From a virus: a stretch of 64,000 bases of DNA. Each line of letters begins with the position of its first letter. Positions within the stretch are counted from its first letter, which is position 1. Position numbers and translations under genes: made by a program. The notes under the pieces are model-generated. The model was not told the DNA's origin. It did not search any database and saw only the letters and a program-made list of their open reading frames with translations. The stretch spans positions 64,001-128,000 of IMG/VR virus record IMGVR_UViG_3300032073_005220. One strand, given 5' to 3'. This document shows positions 26,369 through 36,227 of the stretch, one piece after another.

Positions 26369-26708
26369 CACAATCTATTATACTAACTTGAATTCAGGTT
26401 CGGAAGACGATCAAGGAAACTTTGTATTGAAAGAAGATGGACCAGAGGCATATGCTAAAACGGTGAGGACACAAAATGTTGTCAAACACATGGTTCGTAT
26501 TGATCCTTCTCATAAACTACTTAATCCTTTTGACTACGACAATCAAGCAGAATTTAGCGGACATAAAAACTTTGTAGACAATACCTGTAAAGGATCAAAA
26601 ACAAACAGATATACTAGAGTAAATGGAAAATGTTTTAATTACTATCTATCGTTTTTAAAGACTAAAAATTTAGCGTGGTTAGTCAATGCTGAAAGGGAAA
26701 ACAACTAA
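26361..26708 (+). CDS. Hypothetical protein, paralog of 25246..25668
   Basis: Same shared motifs; GGAG RBS. Confidence 0.65.
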   Translation: MSDTIYYTNLNSGSEDDQGNFVLKEDGPEAYAKTVRTQNVVKHMVRIDPSHKLLNPFDYDNQAEFSGHKNFVDNTCKGSKTNRYTRVNGKCFNYYLSFLKTKNLAWLVNAERENN

Positions 26709-27067
26709 TGAATAATAATTTAATTAAAAGATATGCCATTCTATGGTTAGAGTCTCAAGGTAATGATATAGACAAAATTTCAGAAGATTTAGATATACCA
26801 AAGTCTAGCGTAAAAAGAATAGTTAAACTTTATGCTGATCAAAGTAAGAAAGAAACTACAGAACCGTCAAAAACAGCAGAAACTGTACAAGATAAAAGAA
26901 AAACAGCAAAAGACTTTATGATAAACGAAACAGCAGGCAAGGGCTCATCTGGTGTTACGATAATGACCAAAACAGCTTCCGAAATAAGCGATGCGTCTAA
27001 AAAGAATAATACAAATAATCAATCAAAACTTTCTAATTGCATATATAAATTAGACGAAAACAAATAG
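26708..27067 (+). CDS. Helix-turn-helix protein
   Basis: QGNDIDKISEDLDIPKSSVKRIV fits an HTH; low-complexity C-terminus. Confidence 0.55.
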   Translation: MNNNLIKRYAILWLESQGNDIDKISEDLDIPKSSVKRIVKLYADQSKKETTEPSKTAETVQDKRKTAKDFMINETAGKGSSGVTIMTKTASEISDASKKNNTNNQSKLSNCIYKLDENK

Positions 27068-27071
27068 TATA

Positions 27072-27488
27072 ATGGAATACATCTCTAAATACTCTAACGA
27101 TAAAAGAGTATCTGCTGCTCAGTATATCACAGAGATTATATGTGAGCACAAAGCAAAGAAAGAAAAAAAGGATTTGCATTTTAGGTTCTGGCAAACCAGT
27201 AAATACTGGGGAAAATATTATAGAAGTCAAATATCTACGGCTAATAAATTACTTAAAACTTATAGTTCAAAAGCAATTATAGATGCATTAAATGACAGTA
27301 AAGCTGTAAGAATTTTTTCGTTGAGAGCCCCTCACCTAAACGCTATTATAGAACATCATCAAAACTTAATTAATAACACAGAGACTAAGCCTCATGAAAG
27401 TATAGAAAGAGTTGACCACACCAAGTTAGAAACAAGACAAGAGTATAAATCTAATAAGAAAAATATAATAGATATTTTAGACGACTAA
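27072..27488 (+). CDS. Hypothetical basic protein
   Basis: 138-aa ORF directly upstream of recA. Confidence 0.6.
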   Translation: MEYISKYSNDKRVSAAQYITEIICEHKAKKEKKDLHFRFWQTSKYWGKYYRSQISTANKLLKTYSSKAIIDALNDSKAVRIFSLRAPHLNAIIEHHQNLINNTETKPHESIERVDHTKLETRQEYKSNKKNIIDILDD

Positions 27489-27498
27489 GGAATAGAAA

Positions 27499-28518
27499 AT
27501 GGCCAAATTAAAAGAAGAAGTAACGAAAGCTTTTGGAAAAAATATAATTTTATCAGCTAATTCGATTATAGACAAACCATCAACGGTAGTTCCTATCGGA
27601 CCCTCATTAGACATCATTTTAAATGGTGGTGTTCCTGAAGGTAGTTTTATTGTATTAACAGGACAGCCCAAATGTGGGAAAACTACAACGTCTTTATCCT
27701 TTGCTGCTACTGCCCTTAAACCTGAATATCAAGGAGACTTACCTTCTCCTAGAAAAGCGTACTACCTAAACATTGAGGGTAGATTGAAAAAACGAGATTT
27801 AGAAGGAATACCAGAATTAGACTTAGATAGATTTGATGTAATAGGTTCTCAGCAAGGTAAGATTTTACACGCAGAAGAATACTTACAAATTGCAGAGAAA
27901 ATAATCAATCAAGAACCAGGTAGTATATTAATCATTGACTCTTATTCAGCTTTATGCACAGAAGCTGAAATTACATCAGATATGAATAAGATGCAAAGAG
28001 CAGATGGAGCTAAACTCTTAGCTAAGTTTTGCAGAAAAGTCGCCAACGTTATTCCTGTAAACAAAAATTTAGTAATTGGTATTACGCACCTTATGGGAAA
28101 TCCAACAGGTTATGGCGCAGAGTTTAAAGAAAAGAGTGGTCAAGCTGTAGCATATCAAACGGATATTAAGCTTAGAGCTAAAACTTTCTCACCTTGGCTA
28201 TTAAATAAAGACACCAACTCTCAAATAGGACAAGAGGTAACATGGCAAGTCGTCACCTCTGCACTAGGTCCTCCAGGAGGATCTATTACTAGTTATTTGA
28301 GATATGGACAGGGTATAGATAAAGAAATGGAAGTAGTTAATCTAGCTATAGATTTAGGTCTTATCCAAAAGGCTGGAGCATGGTATACTCTTAGTTTTGT
28401 AGAGGAAAAAGAAAAACCCAAGGCTCAAGGGGTAGAAAAAGTTAGACAGTATATAGTAAATAATCCTGGATGTTATGAGAAGCTCTATGCTTTAATTAAA
28501 GAGACTATGGGTATTTAG
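27499..28518 (+). CDS. recA: RecA/UvsX-like recombinase
   Basis: SLDIILNGGVPEG, Walker A GQPKCGKTT, Walker B IIDSYSAL, GIDKEME...GLIQKAGAWY...QG. Confidence 0.88.
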   Translation: MAKLKEEVTKAFGKNIILSANSIIDKPSTVVPIGPSLDIILNGGVPEGSFIVLTGQPKCGKTTTSLSFAATALKPEYQGDLPSPRKAYYLNIEGRLKKRDLEGIPELDLDRFDVIGSQQGKILHAEEYLQIAEKIINQEPGSILIIDSYSALCTEAEITSDMNKMQRADGAKLLAKFCRKVANVIPVNKNLVIGITHLMGNPTGYGAEFKEKSGQAVAYQTDIKLRAKTFSPWLLNKDTNSQIGQEVTWQVVTSALGPPGGSITSYLRYGQGIDKEMEVVNLAIDLGLIQKAGAWYTLSFVEEKEKPKAQGVEKVRQYIVNNPGCYEKLYALIKETMGI

Positions 28519-28520
28519 TA

Positions 28521-28925
28521 ATGATAGTTATAGACTTGGAAGGAAATTCTACAAATTGGTTATTGACAGGCAACACTTCTCATGCTAGAATGCTTAATAA
28601 GTCAAAACTACATCTAAGAGCACGAAGTCTACTTAAAGAAGTTCATCCAACACTACAGATATTAGAAGAGATACCAATTCATGTTAGAAAAAAAGAGCTT
28701 TTATATTTAGATTTTTATATACCTTTGGTAAAAACCTGTATAGAAGTTCATGGAGAACAGCATTACAAATTTATTGGACACTATCATGGAAATAGATTTA
28801 ATTTTATTAAAGCTAAACAAAGAGATATGTCGAAAAAAGAATGGTGCGAGTTAAATAACATTACGCACCTAGAATTAAAGTTTGATCAAACAGATGAACA
28901 ATGGAAAGCAATAATAGAGAACTAA
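28521..28925 (+). CDS. DUF559/Vsr-like PD-(D/E)XK endonuclease
   Basis: LDFYIP...IEVHGEQHY...RD..KKEWC. Confidence 0.75.
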   Translation: MIVIDLEGNSTNWLLTGNTSHARMLNKSKLHLRARSLLKEVHPTLQILEEIPIHVRKKELLYLDFYIPLVKTCIEVHGEQHYKFIGHYHGNRFNFIKAKQRDMSKKEWCELNNITHLELKFDQTDEQWKAIIEN

Positions 28926-28926
28926 A

Positions 28927-29412
28927 ATGAATACAAAAGAGAAAGTCAAAGAATGGGACGAAGTTTTAGACTCCTATGAAAATAGTATTGGCTTCCCTAA
29001 ATATAATGAGTGTCTTATCAACGAGAAAGAACTTAACGAATACTTCTCTATGGACAGAAATGTTATTGAAAAATTATCTCCAGAAGACACAGCTCAAATT
29101 TCATATAGACTATCTCAGTTCGCTTTTCATGTACAAAGAACTTTAAACAGAGAAATAGCTAGACATAATTGGGCCGAGGAGACTATCAAAGAAACTATAG
29201 CTGATGAATTAAACAGCTATAAAGGTTATGGTTATGTAGAAAAATATTACCAAGCAGTTAAGCACAATGAAGCTGCTCAATCCTTAAGCAAGATTAAAAA
29301 ATACGCTAAACAGAGAATGGATAGATTGTCATATACTGCTAACTCCATAAAAAATCTTTCGGACATACTTATGGCTATTAATAGGAATAAGAATAAAAAT
29401 GGACATCAATAA
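28927..29412 (+). CDS. Coiled-coil protein, possible UvsY-like recombination mediator
   Basis: All-helical, similar in size to UvsY, and located between recA and dnaB; inferred from context only. Confidence 0.4.
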   Translation: MNTKEKVKEWDEVLDSYENSIGFPKYNECLINEKELNEYFSMDRNVIEKLSPEDTAQISYRLSQFAFHVQRTLNREIARHNWAEETIKETIADELNSYKGYGYVEKYYQAVKHNEAAQSLSKIKKYAKQRMDRLSYTANSIKNLSDILMAINRNKNKNGHQ

Positions 29413-29821
29413 ATTAAAACAAGATCCTGAAAAAATCCAACAGCTTATAGACTTGTTGGGCTCATTGCTGCCTGAAACGGAACTAGAACCTCAAGCAGTA
29501 AAGAAAAAGACTACAAAGAAAAAAGCGACAAAGAAAAAGACTTCAACCACAAAAAAGCCTAGAAACACTAGGAAAAAACCAGAAGAGCAAGAGTCTACTA
29601 ATAAATTTTTAGACATGCCCGAAATGAATATGCATAAAGAAGACGGGAAAATAGATAAACAACTTCAACAGTTCCCACCCACGCCTAGATCAAGACCTTC
29701 TGTCCAAAACGTTTCTGTTAGATGCAGGATTTGTGGCAAAGAAGAGACCATAAGCCAAGGTTTGCTTTTTGAGGGAGCAAACAGATATAAATGTAATAAA
29801 TGTTCTACACAGTCAGGCTAA
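29399..29821 (+). CDS. Lys-rich protein with a C-terminal zinc finger
   Basis: KKKTTKKKATKKKT tract; CRIC...CNKC. Confidence 0.6.
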   Translation: MDINKLKQDPEKIQQLIDLLGSLLPETELEPQAVKKKTTKKKATKKKTSTTKKPRNTRKKPEEQESTNKFLDMPEMNMHKEDGKIDKQLQQFPPTPRSRPSVQNVSVRCRICGKEETISQGLLFEGANRYKCNKCSTQSG

Positions 29822-29822
29822 A

Positions 29823-31286
29823 ATGATATTATCAAACCCTTCCGCTGAACGTGCTATATTAGCAGCCATAATCAAATATGGTTCAGATATATTTTATGAT
29901 GTTTCTGACATACTAACAGATAAGTGTTTTACTATAGATAGCAACTGCAATATTTTCCAGTGCATTAAAAAGTCTATAGAGAACAATAATCAAAGTCATA
30001 TTGACTTAGCTTCTATATATAGCAGTGCTCAGGAATTAGGAATGTCGAAAGTGTTTTCTACGAAAGAAGAGAACCAGCACCTTAAAGCTGTCATAGACTT
30101 TCCTGTAGAAAAAGACAACGCTAGGAAATTCGCTACGCAGATTAGAAAACTAGAAGTAGCTAGAGCCTTAAGAGAAAACCTACAATCTGCACAAAATGAT
30201 TTGCTAGAAGTAACAGGTACTGAAAATGTGTCATCTATTTTATCCATAGCAGAAGATAAAGTATTAAATTTTTCAGAAAGTTTGACAGATACAGAGAATC
30301 ATCCAGCTCCTATGAGCGATGATATAGATGAGTATATCCAGCATCTTATAGATAATAAAACAGAACAAGTGGGTATTCCTACGGGTTTTCCTGTCTATGA
30401 TTCTGCTATTGGAGGAGGACTTAGAAAAGGCACAGTAAATGTCATAGCAGCTAGACCTAAAACTGGTAAAACGCTTTTGTCTGATAACATGGGATTTTTT
30501 ATAGCAAGTAAAATGGGTATCCCTGTATTAAATTTAGATACAGAAATGAACAAAGAAGATCATATCAACCGTATACTAGCTATGATCACAGAAGTGTCTA
30601 TAGACAAGATAGAAACCGGTAAATTTGTAGATTCGGCTAGTCATAAAACTAAAATAGAAAAGGGCATACAGAAGATTAAAGACTCTAAGTTGTATTATAA
30701 ATCTATTGCAGGTAAAGGTTTTGATGAACAGATCTCTTTGATGAGAAGATGGATAATGACGGAAGTGGGCATGAATACTGATGGAACGGCTAAAGATTGC
30801 GTAATATTTTATGATTACTTAAAATTGATGGATACACAAGGCATGTCTCAAGATATGAAAGAGTATCAAGTCTTAGGGTTTATGATGACAGCGTTGCATA
30901 ATTTTGCCGTAAAATATAAAATACCTATTGTGTCATTTATACAATTAAATAGAGATGGAATCACAAAAGAAACTACTGATGCCGCAAGCGGCTCAGACAG
31001 AATCGTGTGGCTTTGTAGTAATTTCAGTATATTCAAAAGAAAAACAGATGAAGAAATAGCAGAAGATGGCCCCGATCATGGTAATAGAAAATTAGTTCCT
31101 ATTATCAGCAGGCACGGAGGAGGCTTAGATGATAATGACTATATTAATTGTCATATGAAAGGTTGGTGCGCTAAAATTACAGAAGGTAAAACTAGACTTG
31201 AGGTAGTTAATAACACAGGAGACGATAAGGATGGCTTTGTTATTGGAGAAGACGGTGAAGAAGCAGAAACATTCCCATTTAATTAG
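29823..31286 (+). CDS. dnaB: Replicative DNA helicase
   Basis: SAERAILA N-domain, GIPTGF..D...GG, AARPKTGKT, LDTEM, YDYLKL, QLNR, SRHG. Start reassigned to ATG 29823. Confidence 0.93.
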   Translation: MILSNPSAERAILAAIIKYGSDIFYDVSDILTDKCFTIDSNCNIFQCIKKSIENNNQSHIDLASIYSSAQELGMSKVFSTKEENQHLKAVIDFPVEKDNARKFATQIRKLEVARALRENLQSAQNDLLEVTGTENVSSILSIAEDKVLNFSESLTDTENHPAPMSDDIDEYIQHLIDNKTEQVGIPTGFPVYDSAIGGGLRKGTVNVIAARPKTGKTLLSDNMGFFIASKMGIPVLNLDTEMNKEDHINRILAMITEVSIDKIETGKFVDSASHKTKIEKGIQKIKDSKLYYKSIAGKGFDEQISLMRRWIMTEVGMNTDGTAKDCVIFYDYLKLMDTQGMSQDMKEYQVLGFMMTALHNFAVKYKIPIVSFIQLNRDGITKETTDAASGSDRIVWLCSNFSIFKRKTDEEIAEDGPDHGNRKLVPIISRHGGGLDDNDYINCHMKGWCAKITEGKTRLEVVNNTGDDKDGFVIGEDGEEAETFPFN

Positions 31287-32400
31287 TCAAGATAAACTAA
31301 AAGTAATCTGTGACGGATTGTGCGACAATATTGAAGAATTATTAGAAAAATTTGATATTGAATATTCTTGTAATGGAAAGCTTTTAAGTATGGCTTGCCC
31401 TATACACGGAGGGGACAATACGACAGCTTTAAATATATATCCTCAAGGAGATTCTTACAGAGGAAACTGGAAGTGCAGGACACATGGCTGCGAAGAAGTA
31501 TTCAAGGGCTCTGTTATAGGATTCATTAGAGGTATTTTATCTAGAAACAAACACGCTTGGGAACAATCTGGAGATAAAATGGTTTCTTTCCAAGAGACGT
31601 TAACTTTTTGTTTAGCTTTTCTAAATCAAGAGTTAGACAAAATATCTATTGACCATACCCATAGAGACAAAAGTAAGTTTGTTGCAGCTATTAAGAATAC
31701 CAGCAATCAATCAGAAAAAGTTTCTAGCGGAGTTCCAAGAAGCGTTGTCAGAAAACACTTAGACCTAACCCACCCCTATTATATAGACAGGGGGTTTTCT
31801 AAAGAAATTTTAGATAGATACGACGTAGGATACTGTAGCGTGTCTGGCAAAGAAATGTTTGGTCGTATTGTAGTTCCTGTCTATGACCATGACTATCAAC
31901 ATATGATAGGATGTACAGGTAGAACAGTTTTTCCTGTTTGTACAAAATGCAAACATTATCACGAAGCAGAATCAAAATGCCCTAACGAGAACGTGATGTT
32001 TCTTTACAGTAAATGGAGGCATAGCAAAGGACTTAAAACTCAAAATTATTTATATAATATATGGTTTGCAAAACAACATATCAAAAAAAGTTATACTGCC
32101 ATTATAGTTGAAAGTCCGGGCAACGTGTGGAGACTAGAAGAGGCTAATATACATAATAGCGTAGCCATATTTGGTTCTTCAATGAGCGATAGACAGAAAA
32201 TGATACTTGATGCTTCGGGAGCCATGAATATAATAACGATTATGGATAATGACGAAGCAGGACAAAAGGCTGCGGAAAAAATTAAAAACAAATGTTGCAA
32301 AACCTATAATGTTAAAAACATAAACATAAAAGCGTCAGATATCGCAGACATGTCTATACAAGAAATTGATGAAGAAGTGAAACCTTTACTTAATATGTGA
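31231..32400 (+). CDS. dnaG: DNA primase (CHC2-type zinc finger plus TOPRIM)
   Basis: CPIHGGDN...WKCRTHGC, Y..RG, GRIVVPVYD, GCTGR, VESPGN, MDNDEAG. The true start may be GTG 31255 (GGAG upstream). Confidence 0.85.
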   Translation: MALLLEKTVKKQKHSHLISQDKLKVICDGLCDNIEELLEKFDIEYSCNGKLLSMACPIHGGDNTTALNIYPQGDSYRGNWKCRTHGCEEVFKGSVIGFIRGILSRNKHAWEQSGDKMVSFQETLTFCLAFLNQELDKISIDHTHRDKSKFVAAIKNTSNQSEKVSSGVPRSVVRKHLDLTHPYYIDRGFSKEILDRYDVGYCSVSGKEMFGRIVVPVYDHDYQHMIGCTGRTVFPVCTKCKHYHEAESKCPNENVMFLYSKWRHSKGLKTQNYLYNIWFAKQHIKKSYTAIIVESPGNVWRLEEANIHNSVAIFGSSMSDRQKMILDASGAMNIITIMDNDEAGQKAAEKIKNKCCKTYNVKNINIKASDIADMSIQEIDEEVKPLLNM

Positions 32401-32407
32401 GTTTATA

Positions 32408-33133
32408 ATGAGTACAATAATAGCGCTTTCAGGAAGAAAGCAATCTGGTAAAACTACAATTGGTAATTTCTTTATTAGCTTATTTTTGTCTAATATGGGA
32501 ATTTCTAAAGAGATTAAAATAGAAGATAATGGAGACATTACGCTTTCTGATTTGTATGGCAATGAACTGTATAATAAAATAACACCAAGATATGAATTAG
32601 AAAAAGATTTCGTAATAAGCAATCTATACAAAGATCTAGATCAACATATAAAAATATATAATTTTGCCGATACATTAAAACAAAATGTTTGCATGGATGT
32701 TCTAGGTATGTCTTATCAGCAGTGTTATGGTTCTGATGAAGAAAAAAACAGCATGACCGGACTGTACTGGGAAAATCAAGAACTGTCCGCTAGAGAAGTC
32801 ATGCAGTTTATTGGTACCGACATCTTCAGGAAAGTTAAAAAAACTGTATGGATAGATAGCACAATGTCTCAAATAACTAAAGAAAAGCCGAAAATGGCAA
32901 TTATTACTGACTGTAGATTCCCAGACGAGGTTGACGCCGTTAAAAATGCAGGAGGTTATGTAATTAGACTGACTAGAGATTTACATAATTCATCACATAT
33001 TAGTGAGACTGCTTTGGACGAAGATAACTATGATTGGAATAATTTTGATTATGTGTTAGATAATCAGAATTTAACGATATATGAACAATCTTTACAAATA
33101 CAGGAATGGTTAGACACATTACCAGCTACATAA
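32408..33133 (+). CDS. Deoxynucleoside monophosphate kinase
   Basis: SGRKQSGKTT, FADTLK, REVMQFIGTDIFR, TDCRFPDE, HISE. Confidence 0.88.
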   Translation: MSTIIALSGRKQSGKTTIGNFFISLFLSNMGISKEIKIEDNGDITLSDLYGNELYNKITPRYELEKDFVISNLYKDLDQHIKIYNFADTLKQNVCMDVLGMSYQQCYGSDEEKNSMTGLYWENQELSAREVMQFIGTDIFRKVKKTVWIDSTMSQITKEKPKMAIITDCRFPDEVDAVKNAGGYVIRLTRDLHNSSHISETALDEDNYDWNNFDYVLDNQNLTIYEQSLQIQEWLDTLPAT

Positions 33134-33134
33134 T

Positions 33135-34178
33135 ATGATTATAACTTATTTTCGTTCTTCCAGCTATAACACGCACAACATGTGCCCTCAGCAATATTAT
33201 TTTGAATATGTTCTTGGGTGGAGAGGTAGTTCTGGACTAAAAGCTGACAAAGGTACTATTGTACACAAAGTATTGGAAATACTAGCTGTTATAAAACAAG
33301 GTTTACAAAACGATAAAAAAGAAATTATAGACGATATACTAGGGAATATTAGTACTACAGGATATGATTTAGAAGAAATTATTAAACAAGTGTATGATTA
33401 TTATTCTTCTCATAATAGTCACCATAACTGGAAACCCAGAGATAGTAAAGACTGTAGAGAATGGGTCTATAAAGCTTTGGAATTTAACGAGGGAATGTTT
33501 GATCCTAGAAATAGAGACATCTTAGAACCAGAGCAGCATTTTGATTTTGAAATAGATAAGACATGGGCAGACTATGATTATGACACTTCAGAAGGTAAAT
33601 TATCTGGTAAACTGGCACTAAAAGGAACAATAGATTTAATTACTTTAGTCAATAAAGACACCATAGAAATAATTGATTGGAAAACAGGAAAAAGGCGAGA
33701 TTGGGCTACGGGAAAAGAAAAGACTCAAGAAAAACTGGAGGTAGATCCTCAATTAAGGATATATTACTATGCTATTAAAAATTTATATCCCAATATTAGA
33801 TATGTCATTTTCTCTATATATTTTATAAATGACGGAGGTCCTTTTTCTGTATGTTTTGACGATTCTGATATGGAAGCAACAGAACACTTATTAAGACAAA
33901 AATTTGAACATATCAAACACACAAGAAAACCATTCTTGAAAAAAAGCTGGATGTGTAATAAGCTGTGCCATTTTGGAAAAACAACTTTTGAAGATACTCA
34001 TATAGAACCTATGGAAGAATACAGAGATAATCAAAGAACAACACCGGGTTATGTGATGACTAAATGCGAACAAGTTAAACACGATTTAGACTTGTATGGT
34101 ATCGACGCTGTCACTAATATATATAAACACCCTAATCACAAATTTGGAAAGTATCAAGCTCCCGGATCAACAGAATGA
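33135..34178 (+). CDS. PD-(D/E)XK exonuclease (RecB/Cas4-like, probable Fe-S cluster)
   Basis: SSY...CPQQY, GTIVHKVLE, KGTIDL, IIDWKTG, QLRIY, distal CNKLC...C. Confidence 0.85.
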   Translation: MIITYFRSSSYNTHNMCPQQYYFEYVLGWRGSSGLKADKGTIVHKVLEILAVIKQGLQNDKKEIIDDILGNISTTGYDLEEIIKQVYDYYSSHNSHHNWKPRDSKDCREWVYKALEFNEGMFDPRNRDILEPEQHFDFEIDKTWADYDYDTSEGKLSGKLALKGTIDLITLVNKDTIEIIDWKTGKRRDWATGKEKTQEKLEVDPQLRIYYYAIKNLYPNIRYVIFSIYFINDGGPFSVCFDDSDMEATEHLLRQKFEHIKHTRKPFLKKSWMCNKLCHFGKTTFEDTHIEPMEEYRDNQRTTPGYVMTKCEQVKHDLDLYGIDAVTNIYKHPNHKFGKYQAPGSTE

Positions 34179-36055
34179 ATCAGTATATACCCTTGCATGT
34201 GCATTCGCACTATTCTTTATTGGACGGATTATCTAAGCCTGCGCAGATAGCTGATAGGTGTTTAGAAATAGGCGTCAAATCTTGCGCTATCACAGATCAT
34301 GGTACAATATCTGGTTGTGTGCAGTTTTATGAAACCATGAAGAAAAAAAATATTAAGCCAATACTAGGTTGTGAAATCTATGTTTGTTCTCAAGATTCCG
34401 AAATTAAAAAACCAGAAAATGCTAAATTAAGTCATTTCCTACTTTTGGCTAAAAACAAGGCAGGCTGGGATTCTCTTATAAAACTAGTTTCTTACAGCAA
34501 TATGGAATCTAGATACTACCATAAACCCAGAGTTTCCCTGAATGATCTGCAACAATTTATAGATGGTAACACTATAGGTTTTTGTGGACATCTTGGTTCT
34601 ACCTTGGCTAATCTTATACAAAACAACAAAGATAATTCTGCAATTACAGAAGGTTGTGAATTTGTGTCTAGGATGCAAAGCATGTTTGGTAGAGATAATT
34701 TCTTTTTAGAAGCTCAACTTATGGACAGGGAAAACAATCCAGAGCAACAAGAGATGACAGATATAGTTAGAAATATATCTAATAAAACTAAATGTAAAAT
34801 CATCTGCACTCCAGATGCTCATTATTGCAGGCAAGAGGATTCTATAGACCAGAGAATACTATTGTGCAACAATTTAAAAACTACACTAATAGATGTAAAC
34901 AAAAAGTGTTTAAATAATGAAAAAGTTCCTATGGGTGTGTTTTTCACTTCGGATAATTATCACATTCTCTCTCAAGAAGAAATTTCTAACCTACATACAG
35001 AAGAAGAAATTGAAAACACGAATTTAATTGACAGTATGTGCGAAGAATATGATATTCTAAGCGCTCCTGTATTACCTCCGTATGATTGTCCAAACAATGC
35101 TGATCCAGCTGAATATTTAAGAGAATTATGCAGACAAGGGTGGAAGCAGAAAATAGCTAATGATGTGGACAAAGAAAAACATCAAATTTATGTAGACAGA
35201 ATAAAAAGAGAGCTAGACGTATTGCAAGGCGCTAATTTGTCTAGCTACTTCCTAACCGTTGTGGATATAGTGAATTATGTTAAAAGTCAAGGATGGCTAC
35301 CCGGTCCCGGACGAGGTTCAGCGGCCGGGTGTTTGGTTTCATATCTTATAGGTATTACCTCTATAGATCCTATTAAGTACAATCTTATTTTTGAAAGATT
35401 TTACAACTCTGGCAGAAATACTGAAGATAGGGTGTCTATGCCAGATATTGATGTTGATGTTCCTATTAATAAAAGAGAAGATGTTATATCTTATATAAAG
35501 AATAAGTATGGAGAAGATAAAGTTTCTCAAATGATTACATATAACACTATGAAAGGTAGAGGTGCTTTAAAAGAAGTATTAAGAGTCTATGGAAATATTA
35601 ATTTTGAAGAAATGAATAATATCACCAAGAACATACCTGATGAGGCTAAAATCGCAGATGAACTACAAGAAATGAAAGAGAATACAGGAGAATCGTCTAT
35701 TATTAGATGGGCATTAGAAAATAATGTTGACAGACTAAAGGAATGGTGCTATATTAATGATAGTGGAGAATTGGCTGGGCCACTCTCTAAAAGATTTGAA
35801 CAGGCCATTCGTTTGGAAGGCACGAAGTCTAATCAATCTAAACATGCTGCTGGTGTAGTTATTAGTAGCACTCCTTTAAGGGATATTTGTCCGATGGTTT
35901 TAGATACCAAAAATAAACAACAGATAGCCGGAATGGAGATGCAAGATTTAGAGGCCCTTGGCATGATTAAATTTGATATTTTAGGTATTGCTATGTTAGA
36001 TAAAATCATGTCTATATCAGCACAACTATCACAAGGAGACACCCATGATAACTAA
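34175..36055 (+). CDS. dnaE: DNA polymerase III alpha, N-terminal half (PHP plus palm/thumb)
   Basis: HVHSHYSLLDG, TDHG, DAHY, GRGSAAGCLV, FERF, PDIDVD, KHAAGVV, KFDILG; ends about 20 aa after KFDILG. Confidence 0.93.
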   Translation: MNQYIPLHVHSHYSLLDGLSKPAQIADRCLEIGVKSCAITDHGTISGCVQFYETMKKKNIKPILGCEIYVCSQDSEIKKPENAKLSHFLLLAKNKAGWDSLIKLVSYSNMESRYYHKPRVSLNDLQQFIDGNTIGFCGHLGSTLANLIQNNKDNSAITEGCEFVSRMQSMFGRDNFFLEAQLMDRENNPEQQEMTDIVRNISNKTKCKIICTPDAHYCRQEDSIDQRILLCNNLKTTLIDVNKKCLNNEKVPMGVFFTSDNYHILSQEEISNLHTEEEIENTNLIDSMCEEYDILSAPVLPPYDCPNNADPAEYLRELCRQGWKQKIANDVDKEKHQIYVDRIKRELDVLQGANLSSYFLTVVDIVNYVKSQGWLPGPGRGSAAGCLVSYLIGITSIDPIKYNLIFERFYNSGRNTEDRVSMPDIDVDVPINKREDVISYIKNKYGEDKVSQMITYNTMKGRGALKEVLRVYGNINFEEMNNITKNIPDEAKIADELQEMKENTGESSIIRWALENNVDRLKEWCYINDSGELAGPLSKRFEQAIRLEGTKSNQSKHAAGVVISSTPLRDICPMVLDTKNKQQIAGMEMQDLEALGMIKFDILGIAMLDKIMSISAQLSQGDTHDN

Positions 36056-36227
36056 AAAATTTGCAGATTTATCGATAAATGCAAAATTTGTACATAATAA
36101 TCTTGAGTATCAAAAGTTACAACCAATCAAAATATCTTGTTGCAAGTCCGTCAACGCTTGTGTAGCATCTCAACCTGCTAATAAAGTATTTATCAACCCC
36201 AACCAGGAAGTTAAAGTAAATGTCTAA
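36045..36227 (+). CDS. Small Cys-containing hypothetical protein
   Basis: 60 aa, GGAG RBS, overlaps both neighbours; SCC...C. Confidence 0.6.
   Translation: MITKKFADLSINAKFVHNNLEYQKLQPIKISCCKSVNACVASQPANKVFINPNQEVKVNV

Noticed and set aside
33135-34178. Cas4 as part of a CRISPR-Cas system
   Set aside because: No repeat-spacer array or other cas genes are visible; the gene sits in a replication operon.
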